In this document: piece by piece, positions 22,244-24,510 of the stretch
Numbering within the stretch: the stretch's first letter is position 1
Layout of the letters: every line of letters starts with the position of its first letter
IMG/VR virus record: IMGVR_UViG_3300044506_000026
Span: 1-24,510 of that record
Strand: one strand, 5' to 3'
DNA: 24,510 nt
From: a virus
Lineage: Duplodnaviria; Caudoviricetes
Translations under genes and position numbers: made by a program
Notes under the pieces: generated by a model
What the model saw: only the letters and a program-made list of their open reading frames with translations
Told to the model about the DNA's origin: nothing
Database searches by the model: none

Positions 22244-23038
22244 ATGACCGACAACGCTCCAGGCGAAGAGGACAAGAGGCCTCTCCTCGAAAGGCAGAAG
22301 GGAGCGTGGCCGCAGCACGAGCTGCTGGCAAGCTACCTTCGGGACGGCATCCTGTCCGGCGACTACCCGCCAGGTAGCGCCCTGCCGTCGACCCGAATCC
22401 TCAAGCAGAAGTTCGGCGTAGCTCCCCAGACCATCAAGAACGCCAACGACCAGCTCGCAGAGGAAGGCCTCGTCCTCAGCCACAAGGGAAAGGGCATCAT
22501 CGTCCGGGACCACCGGGTGAGGACTATGGTCCCGGCCGCATACAAGGAGCCGGCTGCTCCCGGCGAGTCGTACCGGTGGATCTCCGAGGCCGAGAAGCGC
22601 GGCCTCGCAGCGCAGAGCACTCTGCTCGCGGTCGAGGAAGTCGCCCCTCCGGCTGACGTCGCGGCGTCTCTAGGTCTGCCCAAGGGTGGGGTTGCCGTGA
22701 TGCGGGCTCAGATCCTGTCGCTGGATGGCGAGCCAGCCGAACTCGTGAAGTCCTACTACCCGGTTGAGCTTGCTCGAGGCACGGCTATCTCGGAGCAGCG
22801 GAGGATCAAGGGCGGCACCCCGCGGCTCCTGGCCGACATGGGCTACCCGCCGGTGCGTTGCGTCGACACCGTCTCAGCTCGCATCCCGACGCCTGAAGAG
22901 GTGGTCGCGCTCAATGCGCCGACGAAGCTTCCCGTGTTGCGGACGCTCCGGGTGGTTCACAGCGCCAACGACCGAGTCATCGAGGTCACGGTGATGGCGA
23001 AGGCCGGCCACCTCTACGAGCTCCGGTACGAGTTCTAG
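22244..23038 (+). CDS. GntR/HutC-family repressor (KorSA/TraR-like), 264 aa
   Basis: LRDGILSGDYPPGSALPSTRILKQKFGVAPQTIKNA..QLAEEGLV..HKGKG winged HTH plus a UTRA domain. Confidence 0.92.
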   Translation: MTDNAPGEEDKRPLLERQKGAWPQHELLASYLRDGILSGDYPPGSALPSTRILKQKFGVAPQTIKNANDQLAEEGLVLSHKGKGIIVRDHRVRTMVPAAYKEPAAPGESYRWISEAEKRGLAAQSTLLAVEEVAPPADVAASLGLPKGGVAVMRAQILSLDGEPAELVKSYYPVELARGTAISEQRRIKGGTPRLLADMGYPPVRCVDTVSARIPTPEEVVALNAPTKLPVLRTLRVVHSANDRVIEVTVMAKAGHLYELRYEF

Positions 23039-23190
23039 CGTCGGCGCCGCAGGGTGCCTGGCCGGCCCACAGATACAGTCGGATCACGGTCGCCCTTGTC
23101 GCGGTGATGCACCCCGACAGGCTGCGCCACCTCGTCACGGTCTGGTCACACGGTCAACACTCGGCCCTGGGCTCTGCCACGCTGGCCGGC

Positions 23191-23637
23191 ATGCGTAGAG
23201 CCCTCGCCGCCGTAGCCCTTGCCCTGCTCACCGCCGCCTGCTCGAGCACCCCGGCCAGCGCGCCCGACCAGATCGGCGACTGGAGTAAGAGCGGCGGCCA
23301 GGCCCATCTCCAAGCGATCCTCGACGACAACCAGGCCATCGGCGGCGACACCGGCAACAACGCTGCGTTCACCGCGGACTGCACCCGGCTTCGCGACCAC
23401 GTCCAGGCAGCGCGTACCTACAAGGCCGTTCCCGATCAGGAGGCCCAGCGGCACTGGGCCGCAGCCCTCGATGACGCGGCCTCCTCCGCGCAGGCATGCC
23501 TCACTGCGGCCGGCGGCAACAGCTCCGACAGCTGGAGCCAGGCCGCAGCATCCGCCACTGCGGCCCAGACGGAGCTGAAAGCGATGATCGACCGGATCGC
23601 CGCCATCAACAGCGGCAGCCAGCAGTCCGACAGCTGA
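23191..23637 (+). CDS. Lipoprotein, 148 aa
   Basis: MRRALAAVALALLTAA-C lipobox; helical mature domain with two Cys. Confidence 0.8.
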   Translation: MRRALAAVALALLTAACSSTPASAPDQIGDWSKSGGQAHLQAILDDNQAIGGDTGNNAAFTADCTRLRDHVQAARTYKAVPDQEAQRHWAAALDDAASSAQACLTAAGGNSSDSWSQAAASATAAQTELKAMIDRIAAINSGSQQSDS

Positions 23638-23651
23638 CCAGGGAGCCCGCC

Positions 23652-24104
23652 GTGACCGTCACCGCCGCTAGCCGCATCGCCGCCGTCACCTTCGACGGCC
23701 ACACCATCACCATCAACCGGCCCAAGTCCGGCTTCGTCGACCGCGGCACCCGCACCATCCCCATCGCCCAGGTCACCGCCGTCCAGTTCAAGCCCGCCGG
23801 CATGATGACCGGCGGCTACATCCGCTTCGTCATCCCCGGCACGCTCGAGCACCGCGGGCACCGCACGGGCGCGTTGCAGACCGACGTGCTCAAGGACGAG
23901 AACGCGGTGCCGTTCGGCGGCAAGCAGCAGGCCCAGTTCGAGGCGCTGCGGGACGCGGTCGAGAACGCCATCGCCGGCCGCGGTCCTGCGGGCCCCGCAG
24001 TGTCGGTGGCGGACGAGCTCGCCAAGCTTCACGGCCTAATGGAGTCCGGCGCGCTCACCCAGGCCGAGTTCGAGAAGGCCAAAGCCCAACTCCTGGGCCG
24101 CTGA
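23652..24104 (+). CDS. DUF4429-like (bPH) + SHOCT domain protein, 150 aa
   Basis: FDGHTITI...IPIAQVTAVQFKPAG...GYIRF...DENAV.F; C-terminal ADELAKLHGLMESGALTQAEFEKAKAQLL. Confidence 0.85.
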   Translation: MTVTAASRIAAVTFDGHTITINRPKSGFVDRGTRTIPIAQVTAVQFKPAGMMTGGYIRFVIPGTLEHRGHRTGALQTDVLKDENAVPFGGKQQAQFEALRDAVENAIAGRGPAGPAVSVADELAKLHGLMESGALTQAEFEKAKAQLLGR

Positions 24105-24121
24105 CCCGCACCCGACCCTAG

Positions 24122-24151
24122 GAAGCCCCGCCCATTACCAGGCGGGGCTTC
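24122..24151 (+). terminator. Intrinsic terminator
   Basis: GAAGCCCCGCC-N8-GGCGGGGCTTC followed by TTC. Confidence 0.75.
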
Positions 24152-24318
24152 TTCACGCCCCGGCACTACCACAGCACCCCAGCCCCGAGCCGACACGCCT
24201 GTCAGCCAAATGGGCCATCATGGGCTCATAGCACTTGCGGCAACCCGACCCGGCAACCAACCGGACTCGATTCCGTAACGCCGAGACATCCATGACACCC
24301 CGTCACCCGGAGGCGCCC

Positions 24319-24510
24319 GTGCACGTCACCACCCTCCCTCTCGACCGCATCTCCGTCGGATCCCGTGCCCGACGCGAGATGCGGAACATCGACTCCCTCG
24401 CCAAGTCCATCGAGGACCGCGGCCTGCTCCAGCCGATCGTGGTCCGCCCCGACGGCGTCGGCTATGCACTCGTTGCCGGGGGCCGGCGCATCGAGGCACA
24501 CCGCAAACTC
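24319..24510 (+). CDS. ParB N-terminal (ParB/Srx) domain protein, truncated by the window edge (not in ORF track)
   Basis: GGAGG then GTG; ...IDSLAKSIEDRGLLQPIVVRPDGVGYALVAGGRRIEAHRKL with the GxRR motif. Confidence 0.85.
   Translation, partial: MHVTTLPLDRISVGSRARREMRNIDSLAKSIEDRGLLQPIVVRPDGVGYALVAGGRRIEAHRKL

Larger units (their letters stand above)
1..24510. mobile_element. Prophage/phage-plasmid with AICE-type conjugation and regulation module; both ends lie outside the window
   Basis: Terminase, portal, protease and capsid genes are co-oriented with traB-like, spdB-like and xis-like genes. A GntR repressor and a ParB-N gene are divergent. No host housekeeping genes are present. Confidence 0.85.

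Noticed and set aside
24226-24501. Minus-strand 91-aa ORF
   Set aside because: Antisense to the clear ParB-N reading frame on the plus strand.

Overview
High-GC actinomycete DNA (probably Streptomycetaceae, inferred from composition and gene families) that forms one continuous mobile element. A leftward (minus-strand) gene array of about 21.5 kb starts at an excisionase-like HTH gene. It runs through small ORFs, a DUF2637/SpdB2-like membrane gene and a TraB-like FtsK/SpoIIIE translocase, which together make a Streptomyces AICE/plasmid-type conjugation module. With no visible att site, integrase or replication gene in between, it continues into a tailed-phage late module: Zn-finger and HTH putative late regulators, TerS, TerL, a portal-Nudix-MuF fusion, an XkdF-like protease, scaffold, major capsid and probable virion proteins. 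Two free-standing homing endonuclease genes sit in this module: an EndoVII/HNH type, and a LAGLIDADG type cut by the window edge. Transcribed divergently are a UTRA-only gene, a GntR/HutC (KorSA/TraR-like) repressor, a lipoprotein, a DUF4429-SHOCT-like gene and the start of a ParB-N gene. The best candidates for new biology are: (1) the conjugation-plus-virion hybrid; (2) a -1 frameshift signal at the Nudix/MuF junction of the portal; (3) an ~11-bp-phased repeat array hidden in the spdB2-like ORF (candidate clt); (4) a prohead protease apparently split over two genes; and (5) repeated structured intergenic elements. All family calls come from motif recognition by eye; no database searches were run.
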